Assembly (NCBI GenBank): GCA_951406725.2
Contig: OX597837.1
Location: 14,818,001-14,882,000 of the forward strand
Length of the DNA: 64,000 nt
Source of the DNA: Octopus vulgaris
Lineage: Eukaryota
Reading direction: 5' to 3'
The notes beneath the pieces were generated by a model. The model saw only the letters and a list, made by a program, of their open reading frames with translations, had not been told where the DNA came from and did not search any database. Made by a program: the position numbers and the translations under genes. Positions 1 through 12,695 of this stretch are shown here, in pieces. How positions within the stretch are numbered: the stretch's first letter is position 1; every line of letters starts with the position of its first letter.

Positions 1-572
1 CTGAAGCACCACTTTCAAGGGGTTTAGCCGAACAAATCAACCCCTGTGCTTATTTTGGGACTTAATCTATCAATCCTTTTTTGCTGAACTGCTTAGTTAA
101 AGGGAAGTAAATCAACCCTGGTTATCAAGCAGTGGCGGGGGGACACAAACACAATGGCATAGACACACACATACCTATTTCTTTACTGCCCACAGGGGAC
201 AAACAAGGACAGACAAACAGACACACACATACCATCACCATCATCTTCATCATAACATTCACACATCCACTTTTCCATGCACACAGAGGCTGGGACATCC
301 CTCCCTCTCCACTGCTCATCATTCAGCTATTTTCTGATCCGTTCTCTCATTCCTGGGCCATTCTTCTATCTCTCACCCTACCCCCCCTCTTCCCACTGGT
401 ATTTCCTTCAATAGTACCCCAACCCTTGTTCGTCACTCACTGCATTCCCTTCCACTCTCATCCTTAGCCATTTCTTACTCTCCCCTCACACTCTCTCTAT
501 CCTCTCTCTCCTTTCGCTCACCTTCTTGTACCTTGAGAATTTGTTGTGGCACCTCATTAGAATGACACTAAG

Positions 573-973
573 GTGGCGAACTGGCAAAAACGTTAGCACG
601 CCGGGAAATGCTTAGTGGTATTTCATCTGCCGTTACGTTCTGGGTTCAAATTCTGCCGAAGTCAACTTTGCTCTTCATCCTTTCAGGGTCGATAAATTAA
701 GTACCAGTTACGCTCTGAGGTCGATGCAATCGACTTAATCCCTTGTTTGTCCCCTCTATGTTTAGCCCCTTGTGGGCAGTAAAGAAATAAGTATTTCGTC
801 TGCCGCTACATTCTGAGTTCAAATTCTGCCGAGGTCGACTTTGTCTTTCATCCTTTTGGGGTCGATAAATTAAGTACCAGTTACGCTCTGAGGTCGATGC
901 AATTGACTTAATCCCTTTGTCTGTCCTTGTTTGTCCTCTCTGTATTTAGCCCCTTGTGGGCACTGAAGAAATA
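573..973 (+). mobile_element. tRNA-derived SINE family A (Deu/Nin-like core) with internal duplication and 14-bp TSD
   Basis: A/B boxes; core gcctttcatcctttcggggtcgataaattaagtacc; TSD agaatgacactaag at 559-572 and 974-987. Other copies at ~2205-2435, 3220-3640, 5180-5395, 14210-14380(-), 15020-15235(-), 30315-30460, 51310-51512(-), 63090-63270(-). Confidence 0.9.
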
Positions 974-1064
974 AGAATGACACTAAGTTTTATTTTATAT
1001 TCATTTATTCCTAAAAAAAACGATTTACTAATATGGCATTTCTTTATTTCTCTTCATTTCACAG

Positions 1065-1565
1065 AAATCGTCTCAGCTGAAGAATTACTTGAAAACAGGA
1101 AAGAAATTGCAGCTTTTGAAAGTTTGTCCAACAGTTACTCCGAGGAATTGAGCGAGATTGAGAGTGAGGACTGGCAAGGTGTTGTGGACAAGGAATTCCG
1201 CAATGGGGAAGCGTTGAAGTCGGAATTATCCAATCACAGACAGGAACTTCATAATATGGAGGATCAGTTGCAAATGGTTAATGGCAAAATCGCTGACCTG
1301 AACAAGCAGCTGGAATCCGAGGTGAACAAGTGTCATGAGGAGATTAATACGATACAGAAGAAGATTGAAGAGGAGACGGCTGAAGATGGGAAACGGGAGA
1401 GAATGGTGAATGAGTTGAGTGACCAGGTGGACCAAGTTGAGAAGGAATTCAAAGAGAAAGAAGATAAGGAAACTGAACTGATGGAGAGAGTGAAGGACTT
1501 GAACTTGAAGGATCTGGAGAAGAGTTCGGTTGTCGGCACAACCAAAACAGCAGAGACTGGAACAG
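1065..1565 (+). CDS. RASSF8: Internal coding exon (phase 1-1, 501 nt) of an N-terminal RASSF (RASSF8/RASSF7-like) coiled-coil protein
   Basis: Acceptor tttcacag|A at 1064/1065 and donor ACAG|gtgagg at 1565/1566 bound a stop-free E/K-rich heptad frame. ESEDWQGVVDKEFRNGEALKSEL... and QVEKEFKEKEDKETELMERVKDLNL resemble the RASSF8 segments [23 protein letters not shown]... and [21 protein letters not shown] (recalled, not aligned). The RA domain would lie upstream of the window. Confidence 0.8.
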
Positions 1566-3793
1566 GTGAGGGTTGTAAGCAAGACGTTCGTTTCATTTTC
1601 TCTACCTGTCTTCACATGGTTGTTTATCACCTTTATTATTATCATCATCATCATCATTTAACATCCGTTGTCCATGCTGGAATGGGTTATCATTATCACC
1701 ATAAGCGTCATCACCTCCGCTCTCATCATCATCGTTACCATCACTGCTGTTAGCATCATCACTCTCATCATCATAATTATCACCTTTATCATCATCATCA
1801 TCATCATCACTCGTTGCAATAGGGGAAAATATTTTATAAATAAGAGTTGTCAGTTGGTAAACAAATCTGATTGTTGTGATGATGAGGTGGTGTGATGACA
1901 GTTGAATCAAAACTGTTTCCATTGTTTACTTGAATTGGTAACAAAAATCATGTTATTGTCAGAATACGGTATACACAATCCCAAAGACTTAGTCTTCAGC
2001 AATATAACAATGTTGATGTTAATAACTCTAAGTATGACGACAACATTTGTTTGCAAAATTGGCACTTGGGACCTTGTAAGGGTACTTTAACACAGTCGTT
2101 CCACTTGCTAGAAACAGCAGCCAAAAATTCCCTTAGATATCACCATCCTAAAAATGGCTTATTATTTGAATGTCCAAGTTCAGGATATAATCAGTTAGAA
2201 GTGAAGGCAGCGAACTGGCAGAAACGTTAGCGCGTCGGGCGAAATGCTTAGCGGTATTTTGTCTGTTGTTACGTCCTGAGTTCAAATTCCACCAAGGTCG
2301 ACTTTGCCTTTCATCCTTTCGTGGTCGATAAATAAAGTACCAGTTTCGCACTGGGGTTGATGTAATCGACTTAATCTCTTTGTCTGTCCTTGTTTGTCCT
2401 CTCTGTGTTTAGCCCCTTGTGGGTGGTAAAGAAATATATAATCAGCTAGAAATATAGATGGGATGGTGGTTGATCTATGAAAATTTGACACAGAAAACTG
2501 TGACATTTATTTCTACAAATGCAGATTTTTTTTTCTTATCTAAAGAGAAATGTAGAAATGGTTTTTTTTCTCTTAATGTCCTCGACAAAGAGAATAGGGT
2601 TAGTGGTTGATATAAAGTTATGATCATTGTTTAGCCCCAGGTCAGTCTCGATTGAGTAGACCTGTTATCAAAAGTATTTCAACTATCATCATCATCGTTT
2701 AACGTCCGTTTTCCATGCTAACATGGGTTGGACAGTTCAACTGGGGTCTGGAAAGCCAGGAGGCTGCACCAGACTCCAGTCTGATCTGGCAGTGTTTCTA
2801 CAGCTGGATGCCCTTCCTAACGCCAACCATAAGGCTATCATTTTATACTTTTTTTTTTCTTTACAGGTATAGTATATCTAAAATTCCATTAAATAACGTA
2901 TCCTTCCTTTTTCGAGACAACAGGGTGTGATTTAAACCCTTTTGTTACCATATTTCTGTTGAAATACAACTGTTTTGGTTTCAATTTTTAAAATAGCAAA
3001 GAATTTAGTAAAATAACTTTTATTAATATAGAGTTTGAAACATAAATTTTCATCCAATTCTGATGGACAATTTCAATTCAGATCACTTAAAAAAAAAAAA
3101 CCCCAGAAGTTCATATCCCAGGTCACTTTCTGGTGTGATTACATCATTTTCCACAGGTGCTATTCATTATACATGACAAGGCACAATAGCTTTGTCGTTA
3201 TAAATCAGGTGTGGTGGTCAGCTGGCGGAATCGTTAGCATGCCAGACAAAATGCTTGGCGTCATTTCTTCCAGCAATACATTCTGAGTTCAAATTCCTCC
3301 AAGGTTGACTTAGCCTTTCATCTTCTTGAGGGTCAATAAGTACCAGCTGAGCACTGGGGTTGAGGCTATTGACTAGCACCACCACCCTCCTCCAAAGAAT
3401 TTCAGGTCTTGTGCCTTTAAAAGAAAGGATTAGTCAACGAGTTGGCAGAATCCCAAGTGCACCAAACGTATTGCTTGGCAGCATTTATTCTGTCTTTACG
3501 TTCTGAGTTCAAATTCCACCAGGGTCAACTTAGCCCTTCATCCTCTCGAGGGTCAATGAAATAAGTACCAGTTAAGCACCAGGGTCCATGTAATCAACTT
3601 AGCCCCTTCCCAGAAATTGCTGGCCTTGTGCCAAACTTTGGACTGTTATTCTGAAGGCAGCAAAATGGCTGAATCATTAGAACACCGGACAAAATGCTTA
3701 GCAGCAGGTTTTCTGGTTTACGTTCTGAGTTCAAATTCTACTAAGGTCCACTTGGACTTACATCATTTTGGGGTTGATAAAATAAAATACCAA

Positions 3794-4025
3794 TTTCTTT
3801 ACTACCCACAAGGGGTTTAATACAGAGTGGACAAACAAGGACAGACAAACGGATTAAGTTGATTATATTGACCCCAGTGCGTAACTGGTACTTATTTAAT
3901 CGACCCCGAAAGGATAAAAGGCAAAGTTGACCTCCGCGGAATTTGAACTCAGGACATAGCGGCAGGCATAATACCGCTAAGCATTTCGTCTGGCATGTTA
4001 ACGTTTCTGCCAGCTTGCCACCTTA
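3794..4025 (-). mobile_element. Family A SINE nested in inverted orientation inside another family A copy (3655-4110)
   Basis: ataaaataaaatacca duplicated on both sides; the host SINE resumes afterwards. Confidence 0.85.
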
Positions 4026-6794
4026 ATAAAATAAAATACCAGTCAAGTAGAGGTCAATGTCATTGACTTACACCCTTCCCCAAAATTTCAGGCCTTGTAC
4101 TAAGAGTAGAAAGAAATATTAATCTGGTGTTTAATCCATAAATTAACATAAATTTGCATAAATTGCCACAACAATTTTCATGGAATGTTTGAATTTAGAT
4201 CACTAAAGAAAAGAAAAAAAACCAACATGTCTGTATCATGGACCACTTTCTAATGCAATTACCTCATTTTCTTCAGGTCCTACCCATGGAAATAGGTAGG
4301 TTCTGCACAGTTGACTGACCAAAAAAAAACAAAAAAAAAATAGATAAAACCATCCTCACCACCCACTTAGCTTCTACCATATTCTACCATAGTCAGTTCC
4401 TCTGCACAGGTGATTCAGGTGTGTTACCTCTCTCTCTCTCTCTCTTTTTTGGCCTTCGCTGTGCAGCTTGCTTGATGTCAGTTCCTTGTTTTTTTTTTTT
4501 CCCCCTTTTTTTTTTCTGTCGGTCAGTGTTGCTACATTGCCACCATTGTGGTCAGTATTGCCATTTCCATATTATTATTATTATTATTTATTATTATTAT
4601 TATTATTAATATATCAATACCAGAAATTTTTGCTACACAGAAAATATCTCTCTTATTTTTGCCGACACATATTTCTAATAAATACCACAATCTCATTCCT
4701 ATTGTGTCCACATTTTTAGTATTATTTTCTGCTAAAACAATGTTGTTGCTATTGTTGTTGTTGTCTAGCTTAAGTCTTGACCAATTTTTATTTCTTGGCT
4801 GTTTTAATTATACTTCAAACAATGGCTTTTTTCTATTTTATCATTTATTTTCGTATGCAATAGAATTTTTGTCTGAAAACACATCAATATTTCTGTTTTC
4901 TGTCCATTGCTTATTCTGTTTCATCTTTTTTCTTTTCTTTTATAATCAAACTGTTTTACCTCGTCTATACTTAATGATTTCTCATTTAATTGCAGTAGCT
5001 TCCATGGCTAAACTAAATGTTTCTTGATATTCCATTTAGCCACTTTAGAAACTTCTAGTACATTTCTGATTTCCATGTTATTGTTGATAGCCTAAACAGA
5101 TTTATAAGAAAGGTGGCTTTATCATCTCATGAAAATATAGTAAATTAATGTTGATAATCTTAATGGTAAATTTAAAATTAGGCAACGAACTGGCAGAATC
5201 GTTAGCATGCCAGGAAAAATGCTTAGCAACATTTCATCCATCTTTATGTTCTGAGTTCAAATTCAGCCGAGGTTGACTTTGCCGTTCATCCCTTTTGGGG
5301 TTGATAAAATAAGTACCAGTTGAATACTGGGGTTGATGTAATCAACTTAACTCCTCTCCCAATGTTGCTGGCCTTGTGCCAAAATTTGAAACCAATATTA
5401 AATTTAAAATTAATATTCCTAACAAACCCATATTTTAAATCTGGATATATATGGATATAGATAATCCATATAGATTTGTGAGAAAAGCAACTTTCATCCT
5501 TAGAAAATGTAGGAGACTAATAGTAATATTTAAATAATAATTAAATAATTAGTAATAAGTAGATTTAAATAATTAGTAATAAGTAATATTCCTAAAATAC
5601 GCATATTAAAATTCTAATTACCTGCTAATTACAGAGACATGAGTGTTGTAATAATTACTCATAGAGACTCTGTCCCTGTTTCTCGTCAATAACAACCAAT
5701 TGGGTCGACTTATTCCATCGTTTCCCAAAAGAGTGGAAACCAAAAATTGGTCTTTGGTTCTATTTGAACTCAAAGCTGCTTAAAAGGGTTGTCTCTAAAT
5801 ACCGCCAGGGCATTTTTTCCATTGCTCTGTTGCTTCCGTTAATCTACCACCCTTAGAATTGCAGTAATATTAACATAAATGCAATTCGCTGGTTCAATTC
5901 CACTGCACAGCACCTTCAGCGACTTTCTCTTGCCCAAGGTGCCATGCCTGGAGACTGAACCTGAAGCCACATGGTTGCAAAGTGAGCGTCTTACCCTTAC
6001 AGCCATGTAAATCATCATCATCATTTAACGTCCGTTTTCCATGCTAGCATGGGTTGGACGGTTCGACCGGGGTCTGGGAAGCCAGGAGGCTGCACCAGGC
6101 TCCAGTCTGGTAAATATTAAAAACATTATTAACCTACTTTCTAAGTATTCAAAAATCCAAATGATGGTTAATTATCTGAATATTTAAAAATCGATTAATT
6201 ATTCATTTTGGATACTTTGACATTTAGTGATATACAAGCTGATTAAGTACTTGAAACCTGAGTGCTGTCGTTTCTAATCCTCTGGGAACGGATAAAAATT
6301 ATATCAGCTGGAAAGCATTATCCTAATCCTAAGAGTTTGGTCCTTGGATGGCAAAATGGTGCAGAAAATGTCTCCGTAACCTATTTTATCCAAATGCTAA
6401 TAAAACAAATCTCCACAGCCTGACTTTGTACAAGCATCATCTGGGTTTTATGGAAGTGTTGTGGTCTTGGAAATCTTTCCATGTCATGGAATTCCATAAC
6501 ACAAGACACAAATTTCCTGTTGACTTACATGGAACATGGACGTCAGTGTGACACCGAATTCTACATTGCAACAAATTTTTCAGAAGCACAATGTTTCTGT
6601 AATGCCTGTAGTTAGAAGACGATTAGAAAAGGTGTCCTGTAGCTTGGGAATGGTAAGAAGCTTGCTTCCCAACCACATGGGGCCAGATTTGGTCCCACTG
6701 CATAGCAGCTTGATCAAGGGTCTTCTAATATAACCTCGGGCCTACCAAAGCCTCGTGAATGAATTTGGTAGATAGAAACTGACAGAAGCCTGTA

Positions 6795-6838
<44 letters not shown>

Positions 6839-7026
6839 TTGTCTTTGTGTCTGTTTGTCCTTCAATCACTGTTTGGCAACCAGTGTTAGTGTACTTACAT
6901 CGCTGTAACTTAGCAGTTTGGCAAAAAGAGACTGACAGAATAAGTACTAGGCTTAAAAAATAAGTCCTGGGTTGACTTATTCAATTAAAATCCTTGAAGA
7001 CGGTACTCCAGCATGGCCACACATGC

Positions 7027-7081
<55 letters not shown>

Positions 7082-7261
7082 CACACACACACACACACAC
7101 ACGACAGGCTTCTTTCATTTTCCCTCTACCAAATCTACTCAGAAGGCTTTGGTGGCCTGAGGTTATAGTAGTAGACACTTGCCCAAGATTCCATGCAGTG
7201 GGACTGAACCCGGAACCATGTAGTCGGTAAGCATGCTACTTACCACACAGCCACTCCTGAT

Positions 7262-7458
7262 ATATATTCGCCAGGATAGATCGCTAGCCACTAAACCTTT
7301 TTCTAGTTTCTCTCCCTGTTTATTTCTGTGTTCTTTTCTGTTGAAGAGCATAGGCTCAAAACGTAAAAGACTTTCTCACTTCCAGAGCGTTAAACTAATA
7401 CATCTGTTTGTTGTTTACAAACCCGTCTTCGTCTTTTGCCTTTTTGTGAATTCTCACT
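7262..7458 (+). mobile_element. Penelope pLTR-like repeat with a degenerate minimal hammerhead (7332-7370)
   Basis: tctttt-CTGTTGA-A-GAGC(atag)GCTC-aAAACGTA-aaaga; same layout as 21892-21937; TA-flanked. Confidence 0.5.
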
Positions 7459-7465
7459 ATATATA

Positions 7466-7503
<38 letters not shown>

Positions 7504-7504
7504 A

Positions 7505-7729
7505 CGTAAAGTATACTAGCCATCTCAATATGGCTAACCACAAAGGGGGGGTGTTACTGTAGCTTTTAGCCCCAGGAGATCATCGTCTCCAGCTGGCTTT
7601 AGGCACACTTTCTGTGCTCTTATGGTATTTGCAAAGGGAGGTCATCCCTCTCTCGTAAACCTAAGTGATACGCATGGACTGCAGTTTCGAGGTATTTGCC
7701 TCTTGTCAACGTATGGCAATCACCAGTTC

Positions 7730-7731
<2 letters not shown>
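7505..7731 (-). mobile_element. Penelope pLTR-like repeat with a degenerate hammerhead (7671-7715)
   Basis: Reverse complement: catacg-TTGACAA-GAGG(caaata)CCTC-GAAACTGCAGTC-catgcg, with palindromic helix III ACTGCAGT; (TA)n on both sides. Confidence 0.5.
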
Positions 7732-7767
<36 letters not shown>

Positions 7768-8128
7768 CTTGAATTCAGCACTTTGTAAACAGGGCTTGGT
7801 TTCAATCTTAGATACTCTACTGCCTGAAAATGTTCCTAATATCTCTGGTAGAGTCTGTTTATCCAAGGCTGGACTTGCTGGTCGTAATGAGATTCCATGA
7901 TCGGATTTAGTAATTGAAGAGAAAGCCACCTTTCTTCTGTAAAGACGTGACAGTCACCATACAAATATATATATATATATATGTGGTAGTTATTTGCAAG
8001 GTCTAATTCAAATAATTATTCTATATTTATTAATGATTCATCTATATTTTCGGTGTTTTAAATTACTCCTTTGTGGTCCAATTATTATTATTATTACTAA
8101 TTTTTTCTCTTTTAACTTTATTTTTCAG

Positions 8129-8277
8129 TTGTTTTAAAGTTGTTGGAGAAGAAACAACAATTTGCTCGTCAAAGCACGTCTGGGTCAAAAGATGTTGCTG
8201 GATGTAGGTCTTCACCTGAGAACGTGCTTCAAACCGAAGACACCAGTGTATTGTCTGCTGAAGGTGTCTGGGTTTAA
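8129..8277 (+). CDS. RASSF8: Terminal coding exon of the RASSF8-like gene (VVLKLLEKKQQFARQSTSGSKDVAGCRSSPENVLQTEDTSVLSAEGVWV*)
   Basis: Long polypyrimidine tract and ttttcag| at 8128; open in phase 1, matching the donor at 1565; TAA at 8275-8277. The C-terminus EGVWV resembles the RASSF8 end EGIYV (PDZ-binding-type motif). Missed by the ORF track because it has no start codon. Confidence 0.8.
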
Positions 8278-8789
8278 AAGGTCAACTGGATTCGTCTGTG
8301 TGGTTTTTTGTTTTTGTTCCTTTTTTGTTTGTCTGTTCGTGTTGGGAACGTCTGCAATAGACTGGCATGTTATCAAAAGGGAGATAAATCTGGTCTCCTT
8401 AATCTTATTCAATCTAGATCTACATATCAAAGACCTTGGACTTTGTCTTGTTGAGGCATTTGTCATAGTGTAAATATTAACCGAGTACAACTATCACCAT
8501 ACAAATATTAACATAATATAATATATGCATATAAACAGAAATGGACGGTAGAATAATACCAATAACAGCTTTTATATCATTGAAAAAAAAAAGAAAATTA
8601 TTTTGACAGTTCATAAATCATACATTTTCACCCCCATTCTCTACTACAGCTATTTGGAAAGATAAATAGTGAAATATACCTGAGCAGGTATGCTAAGGTG
8701 TTAACATTATCTCGCTGTCTCAGCAGAGGATTCAACTTGTAACTTGAAAATAATGAATCTTCCATACAATAGAATATAGAGCTACAGTT

Positions 8790-9320
8790 GTTATCAGACC
8801 GCTGCACATACACGTACTGTCTACACTTTGAGCACTGCTCCAAATGTTATTTCACATACCCCATATACGCAGCATATGGAGGACAGTGCACTGCTTTACA
8901 TATATACCCTACACTCTGAGTAGTGATTAGAGGGTATTGCTCCAATAATTATATACTTATAGTACATTCACCACATACGCACACACTTTTTGGACTTTAC
9001 AAAGATCAAAGAACAGGCCATCAAACTTCCATACTCTGCAATCGGCACTGGTCCATTTCCAGGCTGTATGTCCTCCTGTCTCTTCAACCATCGCTACTAC
9101 AATACGCTATGCTCCACTGAACATTGCCAATTCTATACCCTCTACGTATAGAATTTCATTTTGTCTTCCCATTCACCTTACCAGAAAGCATTCTAAATGC
9201 TCACCCAGTTTTTTTCCACTTCCAGAACTGCATTGTCCCCCCGCCCCTTGGAATCTGCCATATCCATATCTTCCCTTCGCCCAATAACCTGCAACAATTC
9301 TAGCCAATCATCACTAGCTT
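8790..9320 (+). mobile_element. Highly decayed L2/Crack-like LINE C-terminus
   Basis: Scattered motifs LEHCS, LFNHRYYN.LCS.E, PRTAL..WNLP, IFP..NNLQQF across frames. Confidence 0.45.
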
Positions 9321-9324
9321 CCAT

Positions 9325-9610
9325 TAAGGAGAGGAACCAAAACGGGGACTTCACAGTTTAACGGTCTCGTCTCTTTTTCACACCGATAAAAGTAATTAAG
9401 GAGAAGAGGTAAAAAGGGGGTATATAGAGTTTGACACGCCCCTCTTTTTCAGGCTAATAAAAAGTTGAGGGGGCCAAAAAGGGAGCTAGAGAGTTTGATC
9501 CACTCCTCCCTTCTTTTACAGACTCATAAAAAACTGTTAAGGAGAGAGGCCAAAAGGAGCATTGTGGAGCGTGACCCCTCTCTTTTTCAGACTGATAGAT
9601 ATAAACTGTT
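9325..9610 (+). repeat. About four diverged ~70-bp tandem units
   Basis: aaggagagaggccaaaagg...gagtttga...ccctctttttcagactgataaaa recurs near 9326, 9397, 9466 and 9539. Confidence 0.7.
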
Positions 9611-9866
9611 GCTGATATACTTTAAGTGTGTGTGTGTTGGTGTGTTCTAAACCTGGCCCAACACAGTGGAGAGAACCTCAATGTTTTGGGTCCAGGGCTT
9701 TACTTTGCATTTATCACTTCCAGGAAGAATGCTGTAAGGGATGTCTTTAAACATCAACTCACCTGAGTCGATTTAATTGATACATCACCTGTCTACAAAA
9801 ATTCACCTTGTTTCTAGTCAATATATATTAAATAACCATTGTGTGTGTATCATTATACATTGCGTG

Positions 9867-9910
<44 letters not shown>

Positions 9911-10048
9911 TGTATATGCATCAGTATATATGTGTGTATATATACATACACATGTGTATATGTATATGCATCAATATATATATATGTGTGTGTGTGTGTG
10001 TATATATACACACATATACGTGTGTATATGTATATGCATCAGTATGTA

Positions 10049-10096
<48 letters not shown>

Positions 10097-12695
10097 CATA
10101 CACACACGCATACACATCTGTATATGCATCAGTATATATGTGTGTGTATATATATACACACACAGACATATACGTGTGTCTATGTATATGCATCAGTGTA
10201 TATATGTATGCGTGTGTGTGTGTGTGTGTATAAAGCCAAATAAATCGCACTAACCAGATGTTCTTCCCATTCTTCTTATATATTTACCGTTAGAGACTAG
10301 CATCCCGGCCAGTAAATACGATGCTAAATGTCTGACTCTCGAAACACCCGAGTCCAGATCCTTCGCCAAAATTGTATTTTATCTCCCAATTTAGCATTAA
10401 AAGAATTTTTTTTTTTTTTTCAAATAAAAATGAAAAAAAAAAACGACTCTCCTCGCCTTGCATGTCTTAATTAGGAGATAATTTACTCTAATTAATGCCA
10501 TCTTGCCTTATTGTGACTGAAACGTCTGGGTTGAACAGTTATCTCCCCTTAACTTATAGCGTGGAACAGATTTCTTCATCGAGAAGCATTTTTGGTTTGT
10601 TTGAAAGATTGTTTTCGTTTCTTTTTTTTTTTTTAATACATTTTCATTAAAGATTTCTTACACCATATATATTCTGCTGTGTTCTTTGTATGTTGTTGTG
10701 TATTTTTCTAACTCTTATTCCTTCCTTATGCTGTGAGTTATCTTTTAAATTTATTTTATGCAGAAACACTTAGTATTTAGACAAAGAGATTATACGAAAC
10801 CAAGCCGTGGTACAGATGGATTTTCTGGGTTTTTTTGAGGATTTTTTTTTCAAAGCAAATTTTTTTTTTTAATCTTGCAGTTGTCTAGGCTTTTATATAT
10901 GTATATATATAAGTTTTATTTCTGAAGTAACTAATGTTTTTTTTAAAAAAAAAAAAAAAAACCTTATCTCTCTTTAGAGGGAAGAAAAAGCAAAGTTGAT
11001 TTCTGAAGTTGCACTTAGAGGTGATGATTGAAACCAAGAGTATAATCATCATCACCATCGTCATCATCATCATTATACTGTTCACTTTTGCCTAACAGAA
11101 TTATTTGCTGAAAGAGATTTTCTATGGCCAAATGTCTTTCCTAGAATATGTCAACCTTTGCCTCTTTCCAAACAAGCCCATCGTACATATACCCACGTGG
11201 GTCTGTGTTTGTTCACACACAGACACTTGATAGTCAGTGTTGGTTTGTTTACATCCCCATAACTTAACAGTTTGGGAAAAGATAATGATAAAATATGTAC
11301 CAAGCTTAAAAAATGATTAAGAACTGGGGTTGATTTTTCAACTAAAATCCTTCCGAGCAGTACCCCAGCATGGCCGTAGTCCAATGACTGAAACCAGTAA
11401 AAGATTATAGTCTTGAGTCATATCAAAAGGAAACGGTTCTGTTGCATATGTTTCTGTCCCTGGTTGTTGTGACCCAGCTGTGGGTACAAATATTCACACA
11501 CTTCAAGTTGTGTTTAAACACCCCTTTACATGTGAGCCAGGAACCTCCCCTAATTTCTTGTGCAACTGAATCAGCAATGGCTGTTTCAACCCTTTGGCAT
11601 TCAGACTGCTCTGTCAAATGTAATCTTTGTTTATTCACTTTCTTTAGAATTAATCATGCTTCATCTGGTAGCTTTGCCATTTCAATGATTGTTTATTTTT
11701 AGAATGACACTCTCGGATAAGTGTGCGAGGCCATAGCTGACCAGGCTGGACATATAAGAGGCTGAATACTCAGGTCTTATATGACTGGTTTGAATGCTAA
11801 AGAATTAAACTCTCTTTTTACCTGTTTCAGTCATTTGACTGTGGCCATGCTGGAGCACTGCCTTTAGTCAAGCAAATCGACCCCAGGACTTATTTTTTGT
11901 AAGCCTAGTACTTATTCTATCGGTCACTTTTGTCAAACTGCTAAGTTACGGTGACGTAAACACACCAGCATCAGTTGTCAAGCAATGTTGGGGGGGACAA
12001 ACACACAAACATATATACATATATACGACAGGCTTCTTCCAGTTTCTGTCTACCAAATCCACTCGCAAGGCTTTGATCAACCTGAGGCTATAATAGAAGA
12101 TACTCGCCTAAGGTGCCACGCAATGGAACTGAACCTGGAACCATGTGGTTCGTAAACAAGCTACTGACTACACAGCCACTCCTACGCCTAATTATGTTAA
12201 CTATTAAGTTATCAGTGAATATTAATTTACGTTAAATTTTCCCCGGTTCTTATGTAACATTCACTAGATTCTCTCCTACAATTACAGTGGAATTTTCGTA
12301 GCATCGTACCAACAAGTTCTTTTGCTCTGCTGAGGAAGCATTTTTGAAATTGATATACCTCTTGCAAGAGATTGCACAAACATGACTAACGATAACTAAT
12401 CAACAAACTTAATTAATCCTCTCAAATATATAAAACTTCAAACTCTTAGATATTTTGGTAACATGTAAACTTAACAAAATATTTAATCAGACAACAAATC
12501 CCCCACTGCCTAAAATTACTTGCCTTGTGCTAAAATTTGAAACCATTATTATTACTACTAACCAAATACAATTTATTGGGACATCATTATTATTATTATC
12601 AGGTCTGTTAGAGCTGAACAGTAAATAATTTTGTTGTTCAAATCCTGGCCAGTCAGTTTTCATATTGCATGTTGATCTACTGGAAATATTTACTA

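Noticed and set aside
956-1753. 265-aa ORF as a complete gene
   Set aside because: Starts in a SINE and ends in a (CAT)n tract; only 1065-1565 is bounded by splice sites.
2867-2893. Additional acceptor giving GIVYLKFH*
   Set aside because: A T-run next to repeat fragments with no independent support.
9777-10253. YI/CV/HT-rich ORFs here and at about 24, 30.5, 49, 50.6, 58.3 and 60.5 kb
   Set aside because: Dinucleotide repeat translations.
12325-12385. Possible hammerhead at ctgaggaagc...aaacatg
   Set aside because: Stems I and II and the GAAA cannot be convincingly paired.
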